Of a DNA stretch of 64,000 nucleotides, positions 18,414-35,881 are shown piece by piece. The stretch is from contig CAMDFJ010000003.1 of NCBI GenBank assembly GCA_945897435.1, positions 6,056 to 70,055 on the forward strand, in the 5' to 3' direction. The DNA comes from Candidatus Kuenenia stuttgartensis (GTDB lineage: Bacteria; Planctomycetota; Planctomycetia; Pirellulales; UBA1268). Below the pieces are notes generated by a model, which did no database searches, was not told the origin of the DNA, and worked only from the letters and a program-made list of their open reading frames with translations. How positions within the stretch are numbered: the stretch's first letter is position 1; each line of letters opens with the position of its first letter. The translations under genes and the position numbers were made by a program.

Positions 18414-18893
18414 ATGGCTGGCATGCAAGAAAACCAAACGATCGGCGGAAACCTCTGGAGTGATCTCCTGAGCTTTTCGGTCTACAAGCGGAATCAGGGA
18501 AGGTTTGCCAGGCAGGCGACGTTCGCCGCGCTCGGGCTGACGCTTGCGATCGGCGTCTGGCGTCTTTCCCAGATACTGCCGCTTTGGCTCTCATCGAGTT
18601 CTGCGTTCTCGAATGACGGATCTGCCGATCTCGGCGTCGTCCGCTTTCTGCTGCCGGCGCTTCTTCTGGCAGTCGGCCTCTGGTTTGTCTTTCGGCTCGT
18701 CAACCTGCCGCGTTTCGCCGACTTCCTGATCGCCGTCGAATCCGAAATGGCGAAGGTGTCCTGGCCAAGTGGCGGTGAGGTTGCCCGGAGTTCGGCGGTG
18801 ATCATCTTCCTGATCTTCGCCTTGGCTGCGATCCTGGCCGCATACGATTTGTTCTGGTGGTTCGTGCTCCGTGCCATCCAAGGATTCAACTGA
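18414..18893 (+). CDS. secE: preprotein translocase subunit SecE (long, multi-TM form)
   Basis: ATG at 18414 within ORF 18348... C-terminal IAVESEMAKVSWPSGGEVARSSAVIIFLIFALAAILAAYD is the SecE signature. Position between tRNA-Trp and nusG fits. Confidence 0.8.
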   Translation: MAGMQENQTIGGNLWSDLLSFSVYKRNQGRFARQATFAALGLTLAIGVWRLSQILPLWLSSSSAFSNDGSADLGVVRFLLPALLLAVGLWFVFRLVNLPRFADFLIAVESEMAKVSWPSGGEVARSSAVIIFLIFALAAILAAYDLFWWFVLRAIQGFN

Positions 18894-18926
18894 TCCCAGC
18901 CTGCGGCTTCCCTTCCGCAGTTCACA

Positions 18927-19733
18927 ATGACCTCCCAGTCGTCATCCGGGCGCCGATCTCCAATGACAACATCGAACGATCCTGCCGACCAGCCTGAATC
19001 CCGTATTCAACCGCCTGTTGCGGGAGGTGCCCCGATGCCTGCCGACCACGGTGATCTGGCCGCGTCGACGGACATTGCAGCAACGCCCGCCGACGAGGAT
19101 GAGGACGACGGCACTCCCGCGGAACTCGACGACCCGTTCGCCGGCGACGAAGACGCCAAGCCGATCGACATGGTCGACGACGAAGATGCGGCCCCGGTGG
19201 GTGATCGGCACTGGTACATCCTCAAGGTGCAGAGCAACCGCGAGGATTCGATCCGGGAAACCCTCCAGCGGCGGATCTCGATGCAGGGACTCGACCGGTT
19301 TTTTGGTGAGGTGATCGTGCCAAAGGAGCAGGTCACCGAGTTCAAAAGTGGCAAAAAACGCGTTGTTTCTCGCAAGCTCTACCCGGGATACATCCTGGTG
19401 AACATGATCTTGAATGACGAGACCTGGTATCTCGTTCGGGAGACCGGCGGTATCGGCGACTTCACCGGCTCTGCCGGCCGACCCAGTCCTATGCTGCCGC
19501 AGGATGTCGCCAAACTGCTCAACAAGTCCGAGGAGAAGACCGACGAATCGCCGCGACTGAAGATCAACTTCAAGAAGGGCGACCGCGTGAAGATCAACGA
19601 AGGGACCTTTGAAAACTTCGAAGGCGAAGTCGAGGCGATCGACGAGGCCAATGGGCGGGTGACGGTGATGCTCAGCATCTTCGGCCGCTCGACGCCGGTC
19701 GACATCGAATATTGGCAGATCGAGTCGGTGTAG
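18927..19733 (+). CDS. nusG: transcription termination/antitermination factor NusG with acidic N-terminal extension
   Basis: NGN domain: HWYILKVQSNREDSIRETLQRRI...YPGYILVNM. KOW domain: FKKGDRVKINEGTFENFEGEVEAIDEANGRVTVMLSIFGRSTPV. The roughly 95-aa D/E/P-rich N-terminus makes the start uncertain. Confidence 0.9.
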   Translation: MTSQSSSGRRSPMTTSNDPADQPESRIQPPVAGGAPMPADHGDLAASTDIAATPADEDEDDGTPAELDDPFAGDEDAKPIDMVDDEDAAPVGDRHWYILKVQSNREDSIRETLQRRISMQGLDRFFGEVIVPKEQVTEFKSGKKRVVSRKLYPGYILVNMILNDETWYLVRETGGIGDFTGSAGRPSPMLPQDVAKLLNKSEEKTDESPRLKINFKKGDRVKINEGTFENFEGEVEAIDEANGRVTVMLSIFGRSTPVDIEYWQIESV

Positions 19734-19840
19734 GCGGGATTCAAACCAGCGGTTGAGAGTCAGGGCGATCGAGAAGGCGTTTTTTCACAACTCAACGTTT
19801 CAGACACGTCGGAACGGCATTCCGGATCGAGGACAGCATC

Positions 19841-20266
19841 ATGGCAAAGCAGATGGTCGGACAGGCGAAGTTTCAGGTGCCGGGCGGGCAGGCCACTCCC
19901 GCGCCGCCGGTGGGTACGTCGCTCGGCCGCTACGGCATCAATCTCGGTCAGTTTGTGCAGCAGTTCAACGACCGCACCCGCGAGGCCGCCGGCATGGCGA
20001 TCCCGGTGGTTGTCACGGTCTACAACGACCGCTCCTTCGACTTCATCACCAAGAGCCCGCCGGCAGCGGCACTGCTCAAGAAGGCGGCCGGACTGGCCAA
20101 GGGCTCGGGCGTTCCGAACAAGGACAAGGTCGGCAAGGTGACCAAGGCCCAGCTCGATGAGATCGTGCGACTCAAGACCGCCGACCTCAATGCCCGAGAC
20201 GGCGAGCATGCCCGCCGGATGATCGAGGGCACCGCCCGCAGCATGGGCATCACCGTCGACGGCTGA
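19841..20266 (+). CDS. rplK: 50S ribosomal protein L11
   Basis: [36 protein letters not shown]...[16 protein letters not shown]. Confidence 0.95.
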   Translation: MAKQMVGQAKFQVPGGQATPAPPVGTSLGRYGINLGQFVQQFNDRTREAAGMAIPVVVTVYNDRSFDFITKSPPAAALLKKAAGLAKGSGVPNKDKVGKVTKAQLDEIVRLKTADLNARDGEHARRMIEGTARSMGITVDG

Positions 20267-20320
20267 TTCAGGTTTTCTCCCCATCACCCTCCCTTTCCCA
20301 TCAGTTCCAGGATTCATTCC

Positions 20321-21001
20321 GTGCCAGCCACAAAGCGTATGCGGGCCATGCTCGCCAAGAAGCCCGAATCGGAAGCCCCCCTGCCCATTCCCGAGGCCGT
20401 GGCGGTTCTGAAGACCTTTCCGCCCACCAAGTTCGACCAGACGATCGAGATTCATGTGCGGCTTGGAATCGATCCCAAGCAGGCCGATCAGATCGTCCGC
20501 GGATCGCTCGTGCTGCCTCACGGCATCGGCAAGTCGAAGCGGGTCGTGGTGTTTGCCAAGGGCAATCTTGCCGACGACGCCAAAGCGGCGGGAGCCGAGG
20601 AGGTGGGTGCCGATGAGTTGGCCAAGAAGATCAAGGAAGGCTGGACCGACTTCGACGTCTGTATCGCAGCGCCTGACATGATGGGAATCGTTGGACCGCT
20701 CGGCAAAGTGCTCGGCCCACGCGGACTCATGCCGAGCCCACGGGCCGGCACCGTCACGGCCGATATCGCCAAGACCGTGAGCGAGTACAAGGCCGGCAAG
20801 GTCGAGTTTCGCAACGACCCCACCGGCATCGTCCACGCCGTCGTCGGCAAGGCGAGTTTCGATGCCACCAAACTTGTCGACAACATCCGGGCCTTCATCG
20901 ACCACATCCTGTCGCTGCAGCCCGGAAGCGTCCGCGGACAATATGTGAAGAGCATCTCGATCTCCGGCACCATGACCCCTGGAGTAATGGTCGCGGCCTG
21001 A
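20321..21001 (+). CDS. rplA: 50S ribosomal protein L1
   Basis: [34 protein letters not shown]...[19 protein letters not shown] start. Confidence 0.95.
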   Translation: MPATKRMRAMLAKKPESEAPLPIPEAVAVLKTFPPTKFDQTIEIHVRLGIDPKQADQIVRGSLVLPHGIGKSKRVVVFAKGNLADDAKAAGAEEVGADELAKKIKEGWTDFDVCIAAPDMMGIVGPLGKVLGPRGLMPSPRAGTVTADIAKTVSEYKAGKVEFRNDPTGIVHAVVGKASFDATKLVDNIRAFIDHILSLQPGSVRGQYVKSISISGTMTPGVMVAA

Positions 21002-21015
21002 GCCGCGCGATTGCC

Positions 21016-21555
21016 ATGAGCAAATTCGTCAAAAACATGCTGGTCGATAATCTGAAGTCCCGGCTCAACGGAGTCGGCGAGGTGATCGTTGTCAGCCTCG
21101 GCAAACTCGACGCCCAGAAGACCTCCGATCTTCGCAGGTCGCTTCGCAAGAAGAACATCCACCTGCAAATGGTGAAGAACAGCCTTGCCCGCCGGGCGAT
21201 GCTCGAAACTCCGCTGGAACCGGCTTTTCAAACGCACGAGGGCATGCTCGCGATTGCCTGGGGCGGCGAAGATGTCGTCGATCTGGCCAAGGAACTCGAC
21301 CGGCTCTCCGGGGCCAAGGAATTCGAGGGCTTCGAGTTCCGCGGCGGTGCACTCGACGGATCCAGGCTCGAGGCTGGCGATGTAAAATCGGTCGCCAAAT
21401 GGCCCAGCCGCGCCGAACAACTCTCCATTCTTTCGGGTCAGATCTCCTCGCTCGGCTCCGTTCTGGCGGGTCAGATCTCCTCGATGGGCGGGGTGCTGGC
21501 GGGCCAGGTCAAGTCGCGAATCGAAGACCTGGAGAAGGCCGGCTCGGCGGAATGA
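21016..21555 (+). CDS. rplJ: 50S ribosomal protein L10
   Basis: 179 aa, with [23 protein letters not shown], and position between rplA and rplL. Confidence 0.9.
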   Translation: MSKFVKNMLVDNLKSRLNGVGEVIVVSLGKLDAQKTSDLRRSLRKKNIHLQMVKNSLARRAMLETPLEPAFQTHEGMLAIAWGGEDVVDLAKELDRLSGAKEFEGFEFRGGALDGSRLEAGDVKSVAKWPSRAEQLSILSGQISSLGSVLAGQISSMGGVLAGQVKSRIEDLEKAGSAE

Positions 21556-21730
21556 GCGGCCCGTGCGGCCGATTTTTTGCACGGGCTTCTCTCGGCACAA
21601 ATTTATTGTAAGACAGTAGGCCCGCATCGGGTCGGAGATACGGGCAGTTCGACGACGCATTCACAAACCACACACCACTCCGACCGCACTGGCGGACGGG
21701 TTTTATTTCGAAGGGAAAGGATCTCGAGCG

Positions 21731-22153
21731 ATGGCAACGGCTGAAGCAACGCGTGAATTCACCAAGGAAACCAAAGAGCTCGGCGACAAGATCGTCGCGT
21801 TGACACTCAAGGCCGCCAAGGAACTCTCGGACTATCTCGACGAGGTTCACGGCATCAAGCCGGCTGCCGGCGGTGCCGTGATGATGGCCGCTCCCGGCGC
21901 TGGCGGCGCAGGTGGTGGTGCGGCTGAAGCAGCCGCTGAAAAGACCGAATTCGACGTTGTCCTCGATGCGTTCGGCGACAACAAGATCGGCGTCATCAAG
22001 GTGGTTCGTGCTGCGACCGGTCTGGGCCTGAAGGAGGCCAAGGACATGGTCGAGGCTGCCCCATCCAAGGTGAAGGAAGGGATCTCCAAGGCCGATGCCG
22101 AAAAGCTCAAGAAGGAGCTCGAGGAAGCCGGCGCGAAGGTCTCGATCAAGTAA
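21731..22153 (+). CDS. rplL: 50S ribosomal protein L7/L12
   Basis: C-terminal domain: [56 protein letters not shown]. Confidence 0.95.
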   Translation: MATAEATREFTKETKELGDKIVALTLKAAKELSDYLDEVHGIKPAAGGAVMMAAPGAGGAGGGAAEAAAEKTEFDVVLDAFGDNKIGVIKVVRAATGLGLKEAKDMVEAAPSKVKEGISKADAEKLKKELEEAGAKVSIK

Positions 22154-22171
22154 TTTCCGCAAAAATAGCCG

Positions 22172-22222
22172 AAAGGCGGCTGGGGACTTGGATTCCCAGC
22201 CGCCTTTCCGGTATAGTTTTTG
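22172..22222 (+). terminator. rplL-rpoB intergenic attenuator-type hairpin
   Basis: 14-bp stem AAAGGCGGCTGGGG / TCCCAGCCGCCTTT (22172-22207), followed by CCGGTATAGTTTTTGC. It is in the same position as the partial terminator known between rplL and rpoB in E. coli. Confidence 0.5.
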
Positions 22223-22424
22223 CTGGTCCGGTGGCCGCTCTCTGAAGGCCTGCCGGTCCGCCGCTTGATTGGCCAGCTCCCGCTGCCCTCCCTTTCAGCC
22301 AGCTGTTGTGTGTCCGGCTCTCCTGTTTCTGACTGCGATCCCCTGGCATTCGTGATCTGCCTGGAAATCGCGTCCCTGCCAAGCAAGCCTGCCCGAGTCA
22401 TCCTGTCTAAGGAGCGTTCTGTCA

Positions 22425-26165
<3,741 letters not shown>

Positions 26166-26331
26166 ATTCGCGGGCGAAGCCACTGTGGCATTCGCCCGCC
26201 GGGGACACTCCCGGGGCTTTCGGCCCCCGGGGTTCCACGACAGTTCAGCTCCCAGCGTGACAGCACAAGTTCCAGCATGACAGCCCAAGGTTGATCAACA
26301 GTCGCCTCGACAAGCCCCAGGAGAACCTCTC

Positions 26332-30675
<4,344 letters not shown>

Positions 30676-30784
30676 ATCCGGCGTGCCGGCCTTGCGGGCG
30701 GTAACGGAACCAACCGGGCGGCTGGATTGGAAGCGGGATCGATGTCGAAGTATCGTCGAGGGAGTCCTTCGACGGAGTGCTTCG

Positions 30785-31750
30785 ATGCCTGATTTCCAGC
30801 AGACGACCACGAGCCCGGCCAGGGAGCAGTTCCGTCTGTCGGCGTGTCGGCAACTCGCGACGAGGTTTCTGGCCTCGATCGCTATCCCCGCTGGCCTCGG
30901 CCTGTCGGCGGTCGTCCTGTCGCTGCCGGCGCAGTCCCAAGGACCGGCATACAACCCCTATGCCGACAGTCAGGAGATGCTGGCTCCCGTGGCCCCTGAC
31001 GGAACGATTCGCTGGGGAACGTTCTACAAGTCGGCAGGCCTGCAGAAGAGCTACGAACGGCTCTGGAATCTCGGCGCCTGCCGGGGCACGAACAAGGCGA
31101 TCACGGTTCCCGTTGAAACCAACAAGCTTGCCGTCGACGACATTGCCGAGGAGGATTTCCGGGGTAGCGTCGTCGGCGTTGAGGGTACGCTCCATGGCGG
31201 CATGCTGGCGTTCAGGATCGACGGTCAGGGTGACGATGCCGAGTCCCGGGTGGCCGTGCTCCATCCCGCCGGCGTCTCGTCGCTTCGCGTCCGCGGCAGC
31301 ATTCCGGTAGCAGACCTGCCCGCCGGCGCGACGGTTCGACTGCATACCCGCGTCGACCGTCAGGGCAGGGCACTGGAACCGCTGCGATCACTCGACGTGA
31401 TCGTGGTCGCAGCAGACTTTCGTCCTGAACCGGTTTCTGCGGACGTGTCTGAGACTCTGGTCGGAAGGGTGGTCCGAATCCACAAGGGGCTGATGACGAT
31501 CCGGGTCGATGCGGGCAGGATTCGTCGCCTCTCGATTCCTCTTGCCGAAGGTGCCTTGGCAACGATCGACGCCCCCGTGTTGGAACTGGCCCGGGCCGGC
31601 GACACGATCGAGGTCCGTGGTCGACCCTGGACCGGCGAAGGATGCCTGGCGGCTGGAACGGTGTTCGCCTCGAAGGTCACCGTCACGAAACCCCAACCGG
31701 CCTCTGTTCAGGTCGCACCCGGCAAGGCGGCAGTCGCTTCCGGCCGCTGA
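30785..31750 (+). CDS. hypothetical secreted protein
   Basis: ATG at 30785 within ORF 30596... N-terminal hydrophobic signal-like segment (FLASIAIPAGLGLSAVVLSLPAQSQG). No recognisable domain. Confidence 0.45.
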   Translation: MPDFQQTTTSPAREQFRLSACRQLATRFLASIAIPAGLGLSAVVLSLPAQSQGPAYNPYADSQEMLAPVAPDGTIRWGTFYKSAGLQKSYERLWNLGACRGTNKAITVPVETNKLAVDDIAEEDFRGSVVGVEGTLHGGMLAFRIDGQGDDAESRVAVLHPAGVSSLRVRGSIPVADLPAGATVRLHTRVDRQGRALEPLRSLDVIVVAADFRPEPVSADVSETLVGRVVRIHKGLMTIRVDAGRIRRLSIPLAEGALATIDAPVLELARAGDTIEVRGRPWTGEGCLAAGTVFASKVTVTKPQPASVQVAPGKAAVASGR

Positions 31751-31864
31751 AACTGCTCCTGCTCGCTTCCACCAGGCTTCTGGAACCCCCCCGAATCTGG
31801 CGGTAGAGTATCGGGCATTGCGGCAGTGTGCGGGCCGCCGGCGGAGGTGGCTGGACCGAACACG

Positions 31865-32911
31865 ATGGCTGCATCGAAAAAACCGCCGAAAGGGCCGGGG
31901 CGACAGCGATCGGACCCGTCCAATCGGACAAAAAAAACGAACAACAAGCCCAAACCAAAGCCAAACGTCTGGATCGTGACAGGCGTCGAGCGACTGCCCG
32001 CCGACATCGTGGCGGCCCGCACCGTGCGTCAGCGGCTCGACGCAGTCTGGAAATGGCTCCCCTCTGCCGGCAGCGAAAAGGGCCAGGATCCGGAGGCTGT
32101 TCACCAGTTGCGGGTCGCGACCCGCCGCGGACTGGCGGCGCTTGACGCCTTCCGCGACAGACTGCCTGAGAAGCGAACAGCCTGGTTTGAGAAGCGACTC
32201 CGCCGCATCCGTCGTGCCGCCGGCGAGGCGCGGGATCTCGACGTGCTCTCGGAACGTCTCGCGAAGGACTCGATGCTCCGCAGGGCAGACGCGTCTCCAG
32301 CCCATGGCACGGATGGGCTGGGAGGCAAGGCCCGCCGACGACTGGTCGCGATGCTCGCGAAGCAACGCGACGTCTCGCACCGTCCGATCCGACTGCAGCT
32401 TGAGAAGATGATCGAGGCCGATTGGCCGGCCCGCGTCGATCATCTTCTTGACGGACTCGATGCCGAAAGCAGTCGTACGGCGTTCGCGGCCTACGCAGGC
32501 CGCCGTTTTCGTCCGATGATCAAGCGTTTTTTCAGGCTGGCTGACCGTCGCCTTCACGACGCCGAAGAGATGCACTCGCTCCGCATCGAGGGCAAGAAGC
32601 TGCGCTATGCGATGGAGATCTTCGCCAGTGTGTTTCCGGACCGCGTTCAGTCGCGATGCTACGAGTCGCTCGAGCGACTGCAGGCGACTCTCGGCGATTT
32701 CACCGATCATGCGTCGGCTGCGGATCGTTTTCGTCGCTGGGCTGATGAGAAGTCTGCGCGGCCCAACCGCGACGCGCTGGAGTGGCTTCGCAGGTTTGAG
32801 GAGGCAAGGGCGGACGAGGCACGTCGGCACTTCACCAAGTGGTGGAACCCGTCGCGGCGGCGGACGCTGTTGCGGCGATTCGAGCGGACGATCCGGCGAA
32901 ATTCGGCCTGA
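31865..32911 (+). CDS. CHAD domain-containing protein with basic N-terminus
   Basis: VHQLRVATRRGLAALDAF, RRIRRAAGEARDLDVL and MHSLRIEGKKLRYAMEIF are CHAD helical repeats. The start (31865 vs 31826) is uncertain. Confidence 0.7.
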   Translation: MAASKKPPKGPGRQRSDPSNRTKKTNNKPKPKPNVWIVTGVERLPADIVAARTVRQRLDAVWKWLPSAGSEKGQDPEAVHQLRVATRRGLAALDAFRDRLPEKRTAWFEKRLRRIRRAAGEARDLDVLSERLAKDSMLRRADASPAHGTDGLGGKARRRLVAMLAKQRDVSHRPIRLQLEKMIEADWPARVDHLLDGLDAESSRTAFAAYAGRRFRPMIKRFFRLADRRLHDAEEMHSLRIEGKKLRYAMEIFASVFPDRVQSRCYESLERLQATLGDFTDHASAADRFRRWADEKSARPNRDALEWLRRFEEARADEARRHFTKWWNPSRRRTLLRRFERTIRRNSA

Positions 32912-32917
32912 ATTCGA

Positions 32918-34090
32918 ATGTGGCCCTCGACCCAAACCCCGAAAGTGATCCGCTTGTCACGACGTCCCGCATCATCTCCGCAGCCCACGTCCTGGCTGGT
33001 GGTTCTCGGCTGCGGGGTTTCGGCCGCGGCCCTGTTCTGGCTCATCTGCAGACTGGCACTGCCGCCAGTTGAACGGACCAGCCTGAACACGACGGCCAGC
33101 GGTCTCTTTCGGCCCACGCTGACTGACACGGGTAACGCCCCGGCCCTACAGCCTGAAGGAATGGTCTGGATTCCCGGAGGGGAGTTTTCAATGGGCTGCG
33201 CCGACCCTCGCAGGCTGCCGCACGGTGGCCCCGACCCGATGAACGACGCGCGACCTGTGCATCGCGTTCGCGTCGACGGCTTCTGGATGGATCGCACGGA
33301 GGTGACCAACTCCCAGTTCACCGCCTTCGTTGCCGCGACCGGCTATCAGACTGTCGCCGAACGGACGCCCCGGGCCGAGGATTTCCCCGATGCCCCGCCG
33401 GAAAACCTGGTGGCCGGTTCGGTGGTGTTTTCACCCCCGGATGCCGCCGTGCCGCTCGACAATCACCTCCGCTGGTGGCGATACGTGCACGGGGCCGACT
33501 GGCGGCACCCGACCGGCCCCGGCAGTTCGATCGATGGCCGTGAGGGCGAGCCGGTCGTGCAGGTCGCCTTCGAGGACGCAGAGGCCTATGCCGCCTGGGC
33601 CGGCAAACGGCTGCCCACCGAGGCTGAATGGGAGTTTGCCGCACGGGGCGGACTCAGCGGCGCCGCCTACCCGTGGGGCGACGAGTTTTCTCCGGCCGGT
33701 CGTTGGATGGCGAACACCTGGCAGGGACGGTTTCCCCACGACAATACTGCCGCTGACGGATACTCCGGCCCGGCGCCGGTCGGCCGCTTCCCGGCAAACG
33801 CCTTCGGTCTCCACGACATGTCCGGCAACGTCTGGGAATGGTGCGGCGACTGGTATCGACCCGAAACCTACGCAGAGACTTCACGGAAGGGTGTGCCGGA
33901 AAAGAATCCAACCGGACCGTCTTCGAGTTTCGATCCGCAGGAACCTGGCCAACCGAAGCGGGTGCAGCGGGGTGGCAGTTGCCTCTGCAGCGAGTCCTAT
34001 TGCGCCCGTTACATCGTCGGCACCCGCGGCAAGGGCGAGGTCTCGAGCGCCACCAACCACATCGGCTTCCGCTGCGTGAAGGCTCCGTAG
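32918..34090 (+). CDS. formylglycine-generating enzyme (SUMF1/FGE) family protein with N-terminal TM anchor
   Basis: MVWIPGGEFSMG...HRVRVDGFWMDRTEVTNSQFTAFV...RLPTEAEWEFAARGG...GNVWEWCGDWY. Confidence 0.85.
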   Translation: MWPSTQTPKVIRLSRRPASSPQPTSWLVVLGCGVSAAALFWLICRLALPPVERTSLNTTASGLFRPTLTDTGNAPALQPEGMVWIPGGEFSMGCADPRRLPHGGPDPMNDARPVHRVRVDGFWMDRTEVTNSQFTAFVAATGYQTVAERTPRAEDFPDAPPENLVAGSVVFSPPDAAVPLDNHLRWWRYVHGADWRHPTGPGSSIDGREGEPVVQVAFEDAEAYAAWAGKRLPTEAEWEFAARGGLSGAAYPWGDEFSPAGRWMANTWQGRFPHDNTAADGYSGPAPVGRFPANAFGLHDMSGNVWEWCGDWYRPETYAETSRKGVPEKNPTGPSSSFDPQEPGQPKRVQRGGSCLCSESYCARYIVGTRGKGEVSSATNHIGFRCVKAP

Positions 34091-34108
34091 GACAGCCTTC
34101 GGCCTGAC

Positions 34109-35875
34109 CTATTTCTTCATCAGCTTCTTGAGCTGGGCGAGCGTCTGCGTGTTGGCGACGTCCTTGGCTTCGAGGCCGGCCCGGCGGGCCTGCAGGATGC
34201 CGCACCGCATCACATCGAGTCCACGTGTCGAGTGTGCATCGGTCGAGATCACGAGCTTCACGCCGGCTTTCTTCGCGGCGGCGGCATGATGGTCGTCGAG
34301 GTCGAGCCGCCACGGGTTGGCATTGATCTCGAGGAACGTGCCGCTGCGGGCGGCCGCCTCGATCACCGCCTCGATGTCGACCTCGTAGGCCTGGCGACGG
34401 TTGATCAGCCTTCCGGTGGGATGCCCGATCACGGAGACATTGGGGTTCTCGATCGCCTCGATGATTCTCGCAGTGATCCTGTCGCGGGGCTGGTTCTGGC
34501 CGTAATGGAGGCTTGCCACGACCCAATCGGCTTTTTCGAGCAGTTCGTCCGGGAGATCGAGCCCCCCCTTCTCCAGCATGTCGACCTCGATCCCCTTGAG
34601 CACGACGATCGGCGGATCGCCCTCCGCGGCCAAAGAGTCGTTGAGCCTGTCGATCTCGCTCCACTGGGCGAGCAACCGCTTCCGGTCGAGGCCGTGGGCC
34701 ATCGTCACCCGCTGGCTGTGGTCGGTAACGGCGATGTAGGCCAGTCCGCGCTCGATCGCGGCGCGGACCATCTCGCCGAGCGTGTCCTCGCCATCGGTGG
34801 CGTTCGTATGCATGTGCAGGTCACCGCGGATCTCGCCGAGTTCCACGAGGTGGGGGAGCGAGTTGCGTTCGGCCAGCAGGATCTCCGCGCCGCCTTCGCG
34901 GATTTCCGGTGGAATCCATGGGAGCCCGACAGCCGCGTAGACGTCGGCCTCGCTCCGGCCGGCGATTCCGGCATGGCGAACATCGGCCGCCCCGCCGCCT
35001 CGATCGTCGGAGGGGATTCGATGGACTCCATATTCGTTGATCGACAGGCCGCGATCCCTGGCACGGGATCGGAGTTTCACGTTGTGCTCCTTCGAACCGG
35101 TGAAATACTGCAGCGCCGCGCCATAGGATTCCGCGTCGATCACACGCAGGTCGATCTGCACCCCTTGGGGGCCGCGGATGCTGGTCTTCGTGTCGCCGCT
35201 GAGCAGAACGGAGGTTGTCTCCTTCCAGGCCCGCAGATGATCCATCACGACCGTCGGGGCATCGCTCTCGACGAGCAGATCGAGATCGCCCACGGTCTCG
35301 CGTCCACGCCGCCAACTGCCTGCCCCGTCGATCCGTCGGACGGCTGGGCAGGCCCGCATCCAGCCGAGCAGTTCCTGGATGATTGCATCGGCGTCGTTCC
35401 AGAGCAGCCGGTCGCGATCCGGACTCTTGGCGAAGCCGATGTTCTCGAGAATCGCGGACTCGGTCTTGGCACCGAAACCCTTCAGACCCTTTACCCGGCC
35501 GTCGCGGCAGGCCTGCTCCAGGTCGTCGAGTGAAGAAAGATTGAGGCCCTCGATCAGCACCTTCGCCTTCTTCGGACCGAGCCCTGGCACCCGCATCAGG
35601 TCGAAGGCCACGGCTGGAACCGAGGCCTTGAGTTCGTCGAGAAGTGCAAGCTTACCAGTGTCGAGGAGTTCGCCGATTCTGGCCGCAAGGTCGGAACCGA
35701 TCCCGTCGAGATCGGTGAGTGGTCGATCGGCGCGGATCGATGTCAGCGATTCCACCATGCTGCCGACGGTGCGGGCGGCGTTGCGGTAGGCCCGTACCCG
35801 GAAGACATTCTCCCCGCGAAACTCGAGGAGATCTGCGATGTGCTCGAAGATCGCGGCGATGGCTGCGTTGGTCAC
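34109..35875 (-). CDS. polX: DNA polymerase X family protein with C-terminal PHP domain
   Basis: N-terminus: IFEHIADLLEFRGENVFRVRAYRNAA, VPGLGPKKAKVL. PHP: GDLHMHTNATDGEDTL...IAVTDHS. Confidence 0.9.
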   Translation of the reverse strand: MTNAAIAAIFEHIADLLEFRGENVFRVRAYRNAARTVGSMVESLTSIRADRPLTDLDGIGSDLAARIGELLDTGKLALLDELKASVPAVAFDLMRVPGLGPKKAKVLIEGLNLSSLDDLEQACRDGRVKGLKGFGAKTESAILENIGFAKSPDRDRLLWNDADAIIQELLGWMRACPAVRRIDGAGSWRRGRETVGDLDLLVESDAPTVVMDHLRAWKETTSVLLSGDTKTSIRGPQGVQIDLRVIDAESYGAALQYFTGSKEHNVKLRSRARDRGLSINEYGVHRIPSDDRGGGAADVRHAGIAGRSEADVYAAVGLPWIPPEIREGGAEILLAERNSLPHLVELGEIRGDLHMHTNATDGEDTLGEMVRAAIERGLAYIAVTDHSQRVTMAHGLDRKRLLAQWSEIDRLNDSLAAEGDPPIVVLKGIEVDMLEKGGLDLPDELLEKADWVVASLHYGQNQPRDRITARIIEAIENPNVSVIGHPTGRLINRRQAYEVDIEAVIEAAARSGTFLEINANPWRLDLDDHHAAAAKKAGVKLVISTDAHSTRGLDVMRCGILQARRAGLEAKDVANTQTLAQLKKLMKK

Positions 35876-35881
35876 GGGTGG

